This document shows positions 38,015-51,465 of a stretch of 64,000 nucleotides of DNA, piece after piece. The notes beneath the pieces are model-generated. The model made no database searches. It saw only the letters and a program-made list of their open reading frames with translations, and had not been told where the DNA came from. The stretch is from Octopus sinensis. Its lineage: Eukaryota. Both the position numbers and the translations under genes were made by a program. The DNA is taken from the NCBI RefSeq assembly GCF_006345805.1, contig NC_042997.1, forward strand, positions 142,538,001 through 142,602,000. The letters run 5' to 3'. The first letter of the stretch is position 1, and each line of letters starts with the position of its first letter.

Positions 38015-38420
38015 AAGGCCCAGGCATAGTTGTGTTGTTGAGAAGTTTGCTTTCCAACTATGTGGTTTTGGCTTCACTCCCACTGCATACCACCTTAGAT
38101 AAGTGCCTTCTGCTGGAGCCCTGGGTTGACCAAATCCTTGTGAGTGGATTTGGCAGGCAAACACTGAAAGAAGCCCATCATGTGTGTGTGTGTGTGTGTG
38201 TGTGTTATCTTCCCTGGTCTTAACATCATGTGATGGTTGTAAGTGGGCATCATGTCAATTGTCTCGAATTTTCACTGGAAAACATATATGGCCATGGCAA
38301 ATTATTACTTTGTATGGAAACAGGTGTGTGTTGGCAGCAGGAAAGGCATGCAATCATAGAAAATCTGCATCAACAAATTCTGTCTGACCCAAGCAAACAT
38401 GGAAACATGTTAAAGTGATG
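38015..38420 (+). mobile_element. SINE B head with RTE-type tail
   Basis: GGCCCAGGCATAGTTGTGTTG head, B body, (TG)n, then GGAAACAGGTGTGTGTTGGCAGCAGGAAAGGC...CATGGAAACATGTTAAAGTGATG tail. Confidence 0.85.
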
Positions 38421-38505
38421 GTGAGAATATATATTCTGATCCAATATGTACAGAAAATATATAGACACACACACATGTGCACTCATGCCTGTGCATGTAT
38501 TTCAG

Positions 38506-38696
38506 GCATATGCACTCAAGAATACTCTCGTATTGACGTTGATATTACCTTTTATAACGGAGGAACATATACTCAAAATATGACAAGTTTTTTTGTTTTC
38601 TTCTGTGATTTTATATGTCAAGCATTGTATATGTATGTAAGTTTGACAAGTTCAAAAGTTGAAAATGATGAAATTTCAGAGAAGGAATTTTATTGA
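38506..38696 (+). CDS. Candidate exon (phase 1), ICTQEYSRIDVDITFYNGGTYTQNMT...EKEFY*
   Basis: Acceptor gcatgtatttcag, 62 open codons, three CpGs in the first 80 nt; internal TAT|gtaagt donor at 38637 is an alternative end; no homology recognised. Confidence 0.2.
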
Positions 38697-39067
38697 GCTA
38701 TCACCTTTCCTCTGAGTGATCTCAAGAATATGTGATGGTTGGTAAAAAGTTAAGTCGTCATCATCATCAACATATTCCAACTACTAGGTTGCATGTGTAG
38801 CATTTCCTCCCCTCATCTCTCTTTCTCTTCCTCTCTCTCTCTCTTTCCCTCTCACTTTGGTATCATGTAATTACAACTATTTCTCCACTTCTAAACAGGT
38901 CCAAACTGGTCCACTTTTTTCTCCCTTTCTATTGCAAAATATTAATCTTTGCATGTGACTCCTCTAATCTATACTAACTAAAGTAGAGCCCACATCCCAG
39001 CACTTTGTCTGGTGACAGCTATGAAGATAATCTATCTATCTATCTACATAAATATATATACATGTAT

Positions 39068-39420
39068 TCAAGCATGGCCAATGCCAGTGCCACCTGACTG
39101 ACTCCCGTGCTGGTGACACGTAAAAAGCACCATTTGAGCATGGTCGATGCCAGTGCTGCCTAACTGGCTCTTGTGCCAGTGGCATGTAAAAATTATCATT
39201 TGAGCATGGCCAATACCAGTGCCGCCTTACTGGCCCCCATGCTAGTGGCAAGTAAAAGGCACCCACTGCACTTTCGGAGCAGTTGGTATTAGGAAGGGCA
39301 TCCAGCTGTAGAAACCGTACCAGATCAGATTGGAGCCTGGGGCAGCCTCCTGGTTTGCCAGTCCTCAGTCAAACTGTCCAGCTCATGCCAGCATAGAAAG
39401 TAGACATTAAACAATAGTGA
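39068..39420 (+). mobile_element. SINE family C with two full units
   Basis: Same unit and tail as 11466 and 29095. Confidence 0.9.
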
Positions 39421-39508
39421 TGTATGTATATATAATTTTATTGAATCTGAAAAACTTTACTATAAGTTTCACTTATGCCATCTTCTTTGCACATACATAT
39501 GTATATAA

Positions 39509-39541
<33 letters not shown>

Positions 39542-39849
39542 CATACAATATGTATGTACATACAATTTCTACCAAACAACTTCCACTCACAAGGAATTGT
39601 GGTTCAGATGAAGCCTGAAACCAAGTAGTTTCAAAGCAAACATCTGAACCATGCTACCATCCTTGCACCCTTGTTACTCATAACTGCAAATGTCTCCTCT
39701 CTCTCTACGAATGTTAGTCTATGTGCTCATGTAAAAAATAATAATTAATGGAAATTATCATTATTATTAAATTATTATTAAACTATGATATTAATTCAAA
39801 GTAATCCATCCATCAATTTTTTTCTGCTCACTATTCTTGGGAGAATCGT

Positions 39850-40130
39850 CAGGGTTGAGTCTTCAAGCCCCTCCTCAACAGGGTCCTATTTGAAGCAACC
39901 ATCATTACACTTTCCAGCTCAGTTCTCAAGCATGACCAACTATGGTTAAGGATATTATCCAACCACCTTGTCATTGGGCAACCCTTTCGTCTCCTGCCAA
40001 TTGGCTCAACTTGAAGAATCTATTTAGTGATAGTTCCCTACAGCATTCTAATCCCTTATAAAATTACTCATAATATCTTTGCCAAGTATTTGCGTGCAAA
40101 TTATTGAGTTCTTTTTCCTTAACATATTCT
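39850..40130 (-). mobile_element. RTE LINE 3' ORF fragment
   Basis: - strand 39998-39951 reads GRRRKGCPMTRWLDNI, matching the RTE C-terminal G.RRRGRP..RWLD.I motif. Confidence 0.7.
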
Positions 40131-41276
40131 TTTATATTCTTACCTGTATCTATAGTGATGTGGTGATGCTCATCAATCTTCCAATCAAACCAAGTAAATT
40201 ACACTTAGTTGGTTTTTCCAAATTACTGATTTTATCTGTTGATCACAACTCCTGACAGAAGTGTCACTGATTACCGGTGACAGTATGGGATTTGAACTCA
40301 AAATTCGCAAAGCTGGATGGATCAGAGGCCAGAAGTCACTCTTTGTGGTACTCTAACAGTTCTGTTCTGCCAATCCACTATCCTGGATTGGTAATTTGTT
40401 TATTGACTCCCAAAAGTATGAAATGCAAAGTTAACCTGAGGATTTGATCTCAGAACACAGAAATTCAGAATAAATACCTCAGTCTAACAACTCTGCCTAT
40501 TTGCCATCTGTTCATCCAATAATCAGCAAATCTTGGTGGGGTTTTTTTCTTTACAGCCATGAGGTTATAATTCCTCACGATTATGGTCAGTTTGGATTCC
40601 TGGCATAACCTGAGCTCTTTTCCATTGCAGTTTACTGTTGTGTTCTGTTTTGTGCTTTCTCTTTCTTTTGCTTCCATGTCATCCGTATCATCTTCAATTT
40701 CTTTTCTTCTGCTTCTATTTCCCCTACTCTCTGCATTCCAATCCAATCAATGCCATGGGTTGGCAACAGCAAGGACATCCAGCTGTAGAAAATCCACCTC
40801 AACAAATCACATGTGAGCATGATAAATTGGACGTTAAAATGATAAAACGATAATGATGATTTTTACTAATTTTCGCATGTTTATCATGAAAAATCTTTAT
40901 GTACATCATATCTGCAAGATGGCATAACTAGAACTACTCGTCTTGTTTAGCAGATATGTGTATGAATATTGTTCTATTTTAGCATATCAGAGTAGAAGTT
41001 TGTATATCACATATTCTAACATATCAACTAAATTTAATTATTTAAACTAATATAGGGTTGAACTGGTTTCCTCAGTTGTTCAGATTCAAAGTCTAATTTA
41101 ATAAACTCTATTAACTATTTTGAGGGACATAATTGAAAATAATTTGAATTCTTTTTTTTTAATCCTCATTAATTTTCATTATTTTTCTTTTCCTTTTAAT
41201 TTTTTTCAATCTTATATAGTTTAGAGATGTAAAATTCATACTTCAATAGTTTTAAATTACATTGAAATCCCATCAG

Positions 41277-41347
41277 ATTATAATGGAACTGCAGATAACA
41301 AAAACCATTCTGAATGCCCCGTCGCAACTGTACATCCATCTACCTGA
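41277..41347 (+). CDS. Candidate terminal exon (phase 1), (D)YNGTADNKNHSECPVATVHPST*
   Basis: Acceptor aaatcccatcag (weak), locally GC/CpG-enriched, ATTAAA at 41501; phase 0 is also open for 49 codons. Confidence 0.2.
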
Positions 41348-41545
41348 TGCTAGAACAGCCAGGAATCAAATATGGCATTGGCTTAATTGCTTTTGCTTCC
41401 TAACACTGTCAGCAACACTGGGATGAAACAGTCCATGTGATTATTTCTGAAGGTGTAAAAATGTCAAATCTCATAGCCAAGAGACTTCTGTAAAACTGCA
41501 ATTAAATAGTGATATTTATATTACTTTCTCTTGTTCCATTTTTTA

Positions 41546-41548
<3 letters not shown>

Positions 41549-41633
<85 letters not shown>

Positions 41634-41660
41634 TATATATATATATATATGTATATATGT
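41549..41660. repeat. (TA)n microsatellite
   Basis: Direct reading. Confidence 0.98.
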
Positions 41661-42334
41661 TATATATGATATATATGTATATGGATATTTGTTTTATTCT
41701 CTCTTTCAAAAGAAACAGATTTCTTCAGAATATCCAAGTTTCCCTCTTTTTTTTTCCTGATATTTTTTTTTATTTCTTTGTTTAGATTAGATGATAAGAT
41801 ATCGTATCATTATTGGCTATATCACTCATGTTAAAAATACAAAAATAAATAGAAAGTGCTGATGTCTTTCGTTTCTTAAATTAGATATCACAGTATTTCA
41901 TTAAAGAGGATTTCTAGTTAAATGTTTGTAGTTGTTATTGATTTTGGCTAACATTCCTGATAGATACAATACATGCTTGCCAAAACTTAGCATCTAGATT
42001 AGCATAATAAAAAAATATCTTTTTTTTTTTCAATAGATGCTAATTATTGAGTTTTATATCAGTGAAGTATGTTTAATATCCTATGTATTTGAGTTAATTG
42101 CCACTTCTGTTGATCAAATAAAAAAAAATCCCTCTCTTCCTCTTTTATTCTTTTACTGGTATCAGTCATTGTACTGAACTCATGCTGGGCCAACACCTTC
42201 AAAGGTTCGGTTGATCTTATCAAATCCAGCATTTATTCCAATGTAATGGTTATTTTATCAATCTTTGTGTGTTGAGCCACTGAGTGACAAATCGTAAAAG
42301 GATACAACTTAAGCATTACACTGGTTTTTAGACC

Positions 42335-42495
42335 TATCATCATTATCATCATCATCGTTTAGCGTCCACTTTCCATGCTGGCATGGGTTGGACGGTGCAA
42401 CTGGGGGTCTGGGAAGCCAGAAGGCTGCACCAGGCCCAGTCTGATCTGGCAATGTTTCTACAGCTGGATGCCCTTCCTAATGCCAACCACTCCAT
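42335..42495 (-). mobile_element. SINE family C tail
   Basis: CATCATCGTTTAGCGTCCACTTTCCATGCTGGCATGG...TTCTACAGCTGGATGCCCTTCCTAATGCC. Confidence 0.9.
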
Positions 42496-42699
42496 GAGAT
42501 AAAATATACAGATACACACACAACAGGCTTCTGCAAATTTTACTAAATTCCACTTATAAAATATTGGTCGATCTGAGGTTATAGTAGATGATATTTTACT
42601 AAATGTATCACACAGTCGGATCAAATCCAAAGCCACATAATTACTTAGAAATTTTCTTAAATACATGGCCATTGCTGAATTTTTCATTATCATCATATC

Positions 42700-43295
42700 T
42701 TTTATGTTTTACTTGTTTCAGTCATTGGACTGCAGCCATGCTGGGGCATCACTGTGAAGGGTTTTGTTGAGCAAATCAACTCCATTACCTTTTTTTTTTC
42801 AAAGTTTGGCACTTATTTTATTGATTTGTTATGCTAAACCCCTGTGTTATAGATATGTAAACAAACCAACACTGGTTTTCAAGTAGTGAGAGGAAACACA
42901 AAGTCATGCATGCACACACACAGTTGGCTTCCAGTTTCTACCTGCCAAATTCACTTACAAGGTATTGGTCAGCCCAGAGCTATAGTGGAAGACACAAGGC
43001 AGCGAGCTGACAGAAATGTTAGCATGCCAGGCAAAATGCTTAGTGGTATTTCGTCTGTCTTTACGTTCTGAGTTCAAATTCCACCAAGGTCGACTTTGCC
43101 GTTCATCCTTTCGGAGTCAATAAATTAAGTACTAGTTACGTAGTGGGGTCGATCTAATTGACTGGCTCCCTCCCCTAAAATTTGAGTAAAAAAGAATATA
43201 GTAGAAGACATTTGTCCAAGATTCCATGCAGTGGAACTGAACCATGAAAGCATAGTTGCAAAGTGAGGTTCTTAACCACATAGCCTTACCTGCCC
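42700..43295 (-). mobile_element. SINE family B interrupted by a family A insertion
   Basis: B blocks on both sides of 42996-43196. Confidence 0.8.
42996..43196 (+). mobile_element. SINE family A with 15-bp TSD
   Basis: TATAGTGGAAGACAC (42981-42995) and TATAGTAGAAGACAT (43197-43211), 13/15 match. Confidence 0.92.
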
Positions 43296-43539
43296 ATTTT
43301 TTTTTGTTTGTTTTGATGAGCTGTGTTCTCCATTTGTTGATAAGTTTCAGCCTTTAAGAGCAACATTCATCACTTCTTCCCATGTGCATCACACATCCAT
43401 ACTACCTTAGTCTTTTATCTTGCACATTGTATCTCATTCCTCTTATTTTCAGATTTGACATGCATGCACACTAACATTGCCCATCAAGAGAAGTATGCTT
43501 GTCTGTTTTCTTTTTAACCTTTACCAACCCTCCATTTGC

Positions 43540-44048
43540 ATGGTGCCACATCCTGCTGGTGCTCCATTAAAAATATTTGTGCTGGTGCCACATAAAAGGC
43601 ACCCGGTATACTCTGTGGAGTGGTTGGTGTTAGAAAGGGCATCCTGCTATAGAAACCATGCTAGAACAGACAATGGAGCCTAGTGCAGCCCTTGGCCTTA
43701 CCAGCTCATATCAAACCATTCAACCAGTATGGAAAACAGATGTTAAATGATGATGAAGAGGATGATATATATGTATATATATGACTGCTTATATACATTT
43801 GTAGATTTTGAAATTAATAAATAACACTTAGAGCTGGAATCATCAACATTCAAATATATATATATATGCATAATAAATATACATATACAAGTGGTTGGCG
43901 TTAGGAAGGGCATCCAGCCGTAGAAACACTGCCAGATCTGACTGGGCCTGATGAAGCCTTCCAGCATCACAGACCCCAGTTGAACCGTCCAACCCATGCT
44001 AGCATGGAGAACGGACGCTAAATGATGATGATGATGATGATGATGATG
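43540..44048 (+). mobile_element. Two SINE family C copies (43540-43760, 43890-44048)
   Basis: Two tails ending in (ATG)n. Confidence 0.85.
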
Positions 44049-44204
44049 AAGTCAGAGCATTACTTCACATTATAGGTGATGTGACTTTATTGCCTACACT
44101 TTTCAAGCACAGAACAGTATTATTAAATCTTCTTTATTTACTTACTCAAGTATCAGAATTTAGTATTATTCTTGGTGTTGTCATTGTGACTGTGGCTAAC
44201 AGCT

Positions 44205-44830
44205 AAATTTTGGGAGAGGGCGCCAGTCAATTAGATCGACCCCAATACGTAACTGGTACTTAATTTAGTGACTCCGAAAGGATGAAAAGCAAAGTCAACC
44301 TCAGCGGAATTTGAACTCAGAACATAAAGACAGACAAAATACCACTAAGCATTTTGCCTGGTATGCTAACAATATCATAGGCAAGGCATGGCTGTGTGAT
44401 TAAGAAGCTTGTTTCTCCAACACATGGTTCACAACTCAGTCCCACTGTGTCACACCTTGGGTAATATTTTCTACTATAGCCCCAGGTCAGCCAAAGCCTA
44501 GTGAGTAGCTTTACTAGACAGAAACTCAATGAAGCCCATTGTGTACACATATCTCTGTATCAACCAGACTATTGGATGTTGTTATACAACACTAGTTACA
44601 ATGCCCTTCCTTGCACTGTTGTAGCTTTTGAATGATGAAAGCTGAGCAGGCCAACATTCCTCCCAAATGAAGCACCAGTCCATCACATGTTTACCCGTAT
44701 ACATTTGAGTGGATTGAAGCAACCTGAAATGAAGTGTTTTGCTCATGGACACAATGCACTGCTTGTCTGGAAATCAAATCTACATTTTTGTGGTCATTAG
44801 TGCAACACCCTATCCACTACACTGCATCTT
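44205..44830. mobile_element. SINE cluster: A (-, 44205-44372), B head (+, 44378-44540), D (-, 44545-44830)
   Basis: Diagnostic blocks of each family. Confidence 0.78.
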
Positions 44831-45633
44831 CATGCATATCGTATGTGTGTGTGTTTTTGTCTTGCCTTTGCGTAATAGTTGTAAATGAGTGTCGCTCACT
44901 GTCATGCAGCAGTGTCCTTAAGTTATTATTTAAATAAAAGACAAAGAGTAAGACAATTTATACATACATCTGTTATACCCCACCTGTTTGTCTTAAGTAT
45001 CCATATAGAATTTTTCAGTCATCCCCTAGTGTAAGGTACAGCCCATGTTGAGAAACACTACTTTAAACTGTAAATTTTTTCATTAACATATTACTAATCA
45101 ATTACACAACTTATATATTTCATTTACCTTTGAAAATTTTAAGAATTTGGGGGATTCAATAAAATACCTAATTTTGTTTCAATATTAAACTGCTATTTTA
45201 AGTAAAAAAGAAAAAAAACTAACGAAACCTTCTTGCATAAAATTATGAAGAAAGATTTTAATTTTGAATATGAGCATTTTGTAACAACAGAACCATAAAT
45301 ATTGTATATTTTCGAACTCTGCATTTAAATATTGAGAAAATTTGAAAATTTGAAAATTTGAAAAATAACTTTTACAGAAATTATGTAAATTAGTACAGTA
45401 TTTTACAAAAATTAAAACATACATTTTCCAAGAAAGTACACCAAAAAGTGTAAGAGAAGAATTATATTTTAGGTATTGTACTTTTATGATGCTCCACTTT
45501 ACCATCTTCTGGATGGCACAGATCCAACAATTCTGAATGAATCAGCATTCTTGCATGAACTGAAGATTGTCTGCATCTTTTTTAGAGCAATTTATCCAAA
45601 AATATTGCAAATTCATATAATTACCTGTATTTT

Positions 45634-45820
45634 AAAGGCAGCGAGCTTGTAGAATTATTAATGAGTTGGGCAAAATGTTTAGCAGCATTTCTTCTGATTC
45701 TTTATGTTCTGGGTTCAAATAGCACTGAGGTTGACCTTGCCTTTCATCCTTTTGGGGTCGACTTAATCGACTTACACTGTCCCTTAAAATTGCTAGCCTT
45801 GTGCCAAAATTTGAAACCAT
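45634..45820 (+). mobile_element. SINE family A
   Basis: AAGGCAGCGAGCTTGTAGAA head, GGGTTCAAAT, GCCTTTCATCCTTTTGGGGTCGAC core. Confidence 0.85.
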
Positions 45821-46138
45821 TATATATATTCCAGGTGTTAATAAATCTAGACAAGAATTTGTGTGCGTGTGTGTGTGTTTGTACATGCTTACACATTGTT
45901 ATTGCTATTGTTATGATTATGCATAGCAAACGTTTCAATGTTCTTTTAAGTTATATTTTTAAATAGGGGACAAAGACTGGAAAAAAACATGTACAGAGGT
46001 TTCTATTTCCCTCTTCTACAAGGCACAGTTAAAGAGGACAAAGGTCAAGTGTACTGGAATAATTGGGCTATGGTTGCTTTGATTTTCCATATACATGTGT
46101 TAATACATATACATAACCCATTGTTTACACATACATAC

Positions 46139-46172
<34 letters not shown>

Positions 46173-46197
46173 ATGGATATATATATATATATATTCT

Positions 46198-46522
46198 TAA
46201 AGACTCCGCCGGTTACGACGACGAGGGTCCCAGCTGATACGATCAACGGAACAGCTTGCTCGTGAAATTAACGTGCAAATGGCTGAGCATTCCACAGACA
46301 CGTGTACCCTTAACGTAGTTCTCGGGGATAATCAGCGTGACACAGAGAGTGACAAGGCTGACCCTTTGAAATACAAGTACAACTCATTTTTGCCAGCTGA
46401 GTGGACTGGAGCAACGTGAAATAAAGTGTCTTGCTCAAGGACACAACGCGTCGCCGGGAATCGAACTCACAACCTTACGATCATGAGCCGAATGCCCTAA
46501 CCACTAAGCCACGCGCCCTCAC
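46198..46522 (-). mobile_element. SINE family D, young full-length copy in (TA)n
   Basis: - strand GTGAGGGCGCGTGGCTTAGTGG (A-box), GAGTTCGATTCC (B-box), TTGTGTCCTTGAGCAAGACACTT central box; CpGs intact. Confidence 0.95.
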
Positions 46523-47193
46523 TATATATATATATATTATATATATACACATACATATACTGTTGTGTCTGGGGAGAGTCATTTTCTTTTTGTGCCTTAT
46601 AATGTGACACACTCACCAGTAAAATTTCCACTTATTTCTTATTTTTATTTTCCTAAAAAAATTTTTTCGTTGCGTCTTGCAACCTTTTCAATAGTCTTGA
46701 CTCATAAAGAATCTTGTAAAACCAAATCCAAAAACGAAATATATACATATATGCATGTATATACACACACACACACACACACATATATACATACATACAT
46801 GTATATATACATACACACACATATTTACACACACACATACATAAATACATGCATACACGTGCACACACACACACACATATATACATACTATAGCCTGATG
46901 CCCTTCCTAACGCCAACAATTCCAATAGTGTAATGGCTGTTTTTTATGTGCCATTTACATGACTCTGGCAGTGGTCATGACTACAAGTTACATGGCACTC
47001 ATGAAATCATAGTTATGGCCATAAAAACACTCATTACACTCTCAGTGGGATTGGCATTAAGAAGGGCATCCAGCCATAGAAACCATGCCAAATCAGACTG
47101 GAACCTGGTGCAGCTCTCCATTTTACCAGTTCCAGACAAACTATTTAACCCATGCTAACATGGAAAGCGGATGATGATGCATGCGCATGCACG

Positions 47194-47227
<34 letters not shown>

Positions 47228-47705
47228 CATACACATATATGTATATGTTTGTGTGTATGGATATTTATTTGTGCAGCTGAAGATGGCACTGCATTTAAAT
47301 TGATGTAATGATTGCATTGTTCAATTAAATGGAGCTGCTTGAAACGGCCGTACTGCATCACTATTGATATCCTGTTGCTTATTTTGATTATATATATATA
47401 AATTTTTGAATAGTTTCAGTCATTGGACTATGATCATGCTGAAGCACTACTTATAAGAATTTAATCGACTGTATCAATCTTAGTACTTATTTTATCAATA
47501 TCTGTCTAATTGCTAAGTTACAAAATATAAACAAACATAAACACACATGCATATACACACTGGACTTTTATGCACTTTCTCCACTGCCAACTTCCACTCC
47601 CAACATATTTGTTGGACCCAAACTATGACAGAAGATACTTTCCTGCTGAGGAGTCATCATACAGTGGAACTACATGGTTGTGAAACAAGACAAACACTTT
47701 AACCA

Positions 47706-47885
47706 AAGGTGGCGAGCTGGCAGAAACGTTAGCACGCTGGGCGAAATGCTTAGTGCCACTACATTCTGAGTTCAAATCCCACCGAGGGCGACTTTGCCTT
47801 TCATCCTTTCAGGGTCGATAAATTAAATACCAATTGCGTACTAGGGTCGATCTAATTGACTGCCCACCTCCCCAAAAATTTTCAA
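47706..47885 (+). mobile_element. SINE family A
   Basis: AGGTGGCGAGCTGGCAGAAACGTTAGCACGCTGGGCGAAATGC head. Confidence 0.9.
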
Positions 47886-48010
47886 CTAGAGAGAAAAAAA
47901 AAACAACTAAACTCCACCTAATCTGCTATTACCTAAAATTCCTTCTTCTCCTAGGTATTTTCTCTACAGGTATCAACTTGCAGATGATTTAAAATTAACA
48001 TAAACTACTT

Positions 48011-48224
48011 TTACCCTTTGGCATTCAAACTGGCCATTTTCAGCCTAAATATTCTACATGTTTTATATTCAAACCAGCCAGATCTAGAATTTCACACTTA
48101 CTCTACAATGTCAATCACATCATGAAAATCTCAAAAGCTTAAAGATAATACATGATTAATTCAAAATAATGTGAATAAATAAGCATTAATATTTGACAGA
48201 ATAATCTAAATGCTAAAGGCTTAA
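48011..48224. mobile_element. piggyBac-type MITE, ~214 bp
   Basis: Ends TTACCCTTTGGCATT / AATGCTAAAGGCTTAA are imperfect inverted repeats with a TTAA terminus; related to 119-300. Confidence 0.7.
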
Positions 48225-48774
48225 GGCTTAGAGATCATGTAAGTTTGATGGACAATGTCTTGTTTTTCTTTGTTTTTTTTTTCTTTTTGTACTTATAAAA
48301 TTCAAAAAAATATTGGTATTGGCTCTAATACTAACTCTTGGTAATTATTGATTTCTACCATATCTTCAAGGCTTCTTTTGCTTTATACAACTGAACAAAA
48401 CTTGAGGAAGACAAATATACTTTTAACTTAGTGATTATTGTCTTATCTTTTATGTTTGGTATACTTTTTTTGTTGATTGATTACTTGTCAATCATTGATT
48501 TTTATTAATTTTTTTTTTTTTTTGGTATTTTCTTTTCATTCATAAACATCAACTACATGGCTTCAAAATAAAAAAAAAAACAAAAAAAATTAAGTAAATC
48601 AGCATAAAGCAACTGACAAAACTGTCTGTTCTAAATGTCCCTCCTTTTATCTCTCCCACCCTTCTGTCCTTGTAGCATATTTATAAATGTCTATATTCTG
48701 GACAGTATTATGTATCCTTCTATATGCATAAATATTATTTACATTTCCGTATTTTATATATATATTTTTTCTTT

Positions 48775-48983
48775 TATTCTTTTACTTGTTTCAGTCATTT
48801 TTGACTGTGGCCATGCAGGAGCACTGCCTTTTAGTCAAAGAAATCGCGCCCTGAACTTATTCTTTGTAAGCCTGGTACTTATTTGATCAGTCTCTTTTGC
48901 TAAACCACTAAGTTATGGGGATGTAAACACACCGCCAATATCAATTGTCAAGCAATGATGGAGGGACAAACACAGACACAAAC

Positions 48984-49020
<37 letters not shown>

Positions 49021-49227
49021 ACAGGCTTCTTTCAGTTTTGGTCTACCAAATCAACTCATGTATATCATATATATGTATGTGGTGAAGCAATTTTGCTAAA
49101 CCCTAATTGTAATTATGTTTATAATTATAATAATTTTTGTATAAATTTACTGATTATGGTTCTTTTAACATACCGGACTACTTGGTAAGATTATTAATTA
49201 TAAATTGATTAATTAATTTTACCCTTT

Positions 49228-49307
<80 letters not shown>

Positions 49308-49545
49308 GTAAAAAACGGTAAGATAACAAAAGAAAGAAAGAGACCTCAATATTATGTAAATAGAGGAAATATACATATACACTCATGCACACACACATGC
49401 ATACAAGTTTTTTTCAGTTTCAATTAAGCACATCCACTCCTGCAACTTTAGTAGAAGGTTCTTATCCCATGTGTTGCATGGTAAGACAGAATTCTAAACT
49501 ACAGGTTGCAAAATAAACATCTTAACCACACAGCTATCCCTGCAC
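48775..49545 (-). mobile_element. SINE family B segments separated by unclassified sequence and (TA)n
   Basis: 3' part 48775-49045, 5' part 49400-49545; (TA)n at about 49231-49302. Confidence 0.7.
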
Positions 49546-50770
49546 CTATCATCATCATTATGATTTTCATTGTTGTTTTAACATCTATTACTCTATGCTT
49601 GCAGGGATCAGACAAAATTATACTCAGACACACGCACACACACACTCATGACCATACAAGAGGGTGCTGAAAAGCCAGGAACTTTTCAGCACACCATCAT
49701 ATATACACAGAAAAGTTTTGACCATAATAAACCATACTGTAAGAAGGTATTAGATATGGAAGTATTTTGTATGAGTTTCCTTTTTCCCTAATCCAGTCTA
49801 ACTACTATTGATACTACCACATAATAGTCCATTACAAGCTCAGGGTACCATTTTTGTCTTTAATTTTTTCCCATTATATCTGTACTTTTTCTTGCTTACA
49901 TCAGTCAGTGCCCTTCACTTTCACAATCCATTTGTACTACTCAGCCTTTCTAAGAAGCTATTATTACACATTTAAAAGACCATATTTAACTCATTCTTCA
50001 ATCTTAAGTAATTCTCTTTAATTATTTCTCTGAAATTCACTACCATATTTTGTTTTTCTTATTTTATGCATACACATACATCATACAGTGTCTTGTATAT
50101 TCAGAAAGGGAGATAGGGACAGAAAGAAAGAAAATCACTTTGTAGGAAACAGGGTTATCATTTCTCAAAATTTCTTCCATTTCCCTCAAAGCCAATTCCA
50201 TCTTCAGTTCTGTCCACTTTAATTCAATTTATTACTATTCTATGAATTGAATTATATCACTTAGGAGCAAAACTTATCTTCTATTTCCAATAATTTGTCT
50301 TCAATGCATGATTACTCAAGCTGTTTGCTACTCTTCTTCTCCTAGTGCTACCACAATTTTGGCAAACTATCAATCTGCCATGCATGACCCATGAACCATG
50401 CATGTGTGTATACTTTGAATAATATTGTTTATACAGTATAAGATCACTTTAAGGTAACTAGATTTATGTGACCTCTTCTCCTGAATAATCAGCTTCTGAT
50501 ATAAAGCACATGGCCTAGTGTTTAGGATTTGGGGTTCATGATCATGAAGTAGTGGGTTCAATCCTTGGACTAGTTGGTACATTGTGTTATTTCATATAGT
50601 TGAGACCAAAGGTTTGAAACATATATCTGAAAATTAGAATTATATTAAATGCCCAAATATATATGTTGCATGTATTTGAATCAAATTGGGCATAACAATT
50701 TTGATATTTTTTTTAAATGTTCTAAACTTTTGGCCACAACTGCATATGTGTAAGTATTCACATATGCATG

Positions 50771-51025
50771 TTAATTAGAGAAATTAAATATCCTTATTTC
50801 TACCAGAGTAATTCTCTAGACAGAAAAGAAATGTAAAGCTGTACAGAGTTATATACAAAGCATCAATATTACACATGCATTCAGTTAGGTTTCAGTAGTT
50901 GAGATGTCATGTTCAATATCAGTTAGCAGCTTTTGCTAAGAAGCAAAATGCAATCAAGTGAATAGCAGACCATCATTGATCTATATTTACAGTACACTAT
51001 GAAGCTTGTAACACATGTTTCAGTC
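50771..51025 (+). repeat. Inverted duplication, arm 1 (255 bp)
   Basis: 249/255 identical, no gaps, to the reverse complement of 55053-55307; not one of the SINE families. Confidence 0.98.
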
Positions 51026-51091
51026 GATGAATTTTTGAATTTCCAATCAGCGCTTTCACCCATTAACCCAAATAGAACATCATGGGTGTGA
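51024..51091 (+). CDS. Candidate terminal exon (phase 1), xDEFLNFQSALSPINPNRTSWV*
   Basis: Acceptor acacatgtttcag (weak tract), two CpGs, C-terminus fits the class I PDZ-binding S/T-X-V motif, U-rich downstream region with AATAAA at 51460-51465; protein not recognised. Confidence 0.4.
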
Positions 51092-51459
51092 CAACTGGAA
51101 GGAGAGAGAACATATATTTTAAATGATTGAAAAGTAGTAAGCTTTAATATATAATTCAGTAATAAGGAAGATAAATTCATGCTTATCCACACTTTCCTAA
51201 CTTATTTTATTTTGAGGGAGGTTTAAAATATTCACAGGAAATTGTAGTTATTCCAGTCTTTGGGAATAATAGGAGGAAGAGATGTTCACCTTGTTGGATT
51301 TTTGAATTTCTGAATTTTCTTTGCTTTTTCTTTTAGAATTTTCTTTTTTTTTTTTTAAAGTTTTGCTGTGGTTTACAGTTTTTGTAGTTGTGAATTATGT
51401 ATATATTGGCAGGTGCTAACTTCCTAAATTTTTTGTCATGCATTTAATTGTGTTGTTAC

Positions 51460-51465
51460 AATAAA
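51460..51465 (+). terminator. Candidate polyadenylation signal AATAAA
   Basis: About 370 nt after the candidate stop, preceded by U-rich and TGTA elements. Confidence 0.3.

Noticed and set aside
40144-40251. - strand exon ending in CAG|gtaaga
   Set aside because: Stops in all three frames; adjoins the RTE fragment.
46430-46522. tRNA gene (also 21900-21972 and other SINE heads)
   Set aside because: A- and B-boxes are present but the sequence runs into SINE body, with no clean acceptor stem or T-run terminator.
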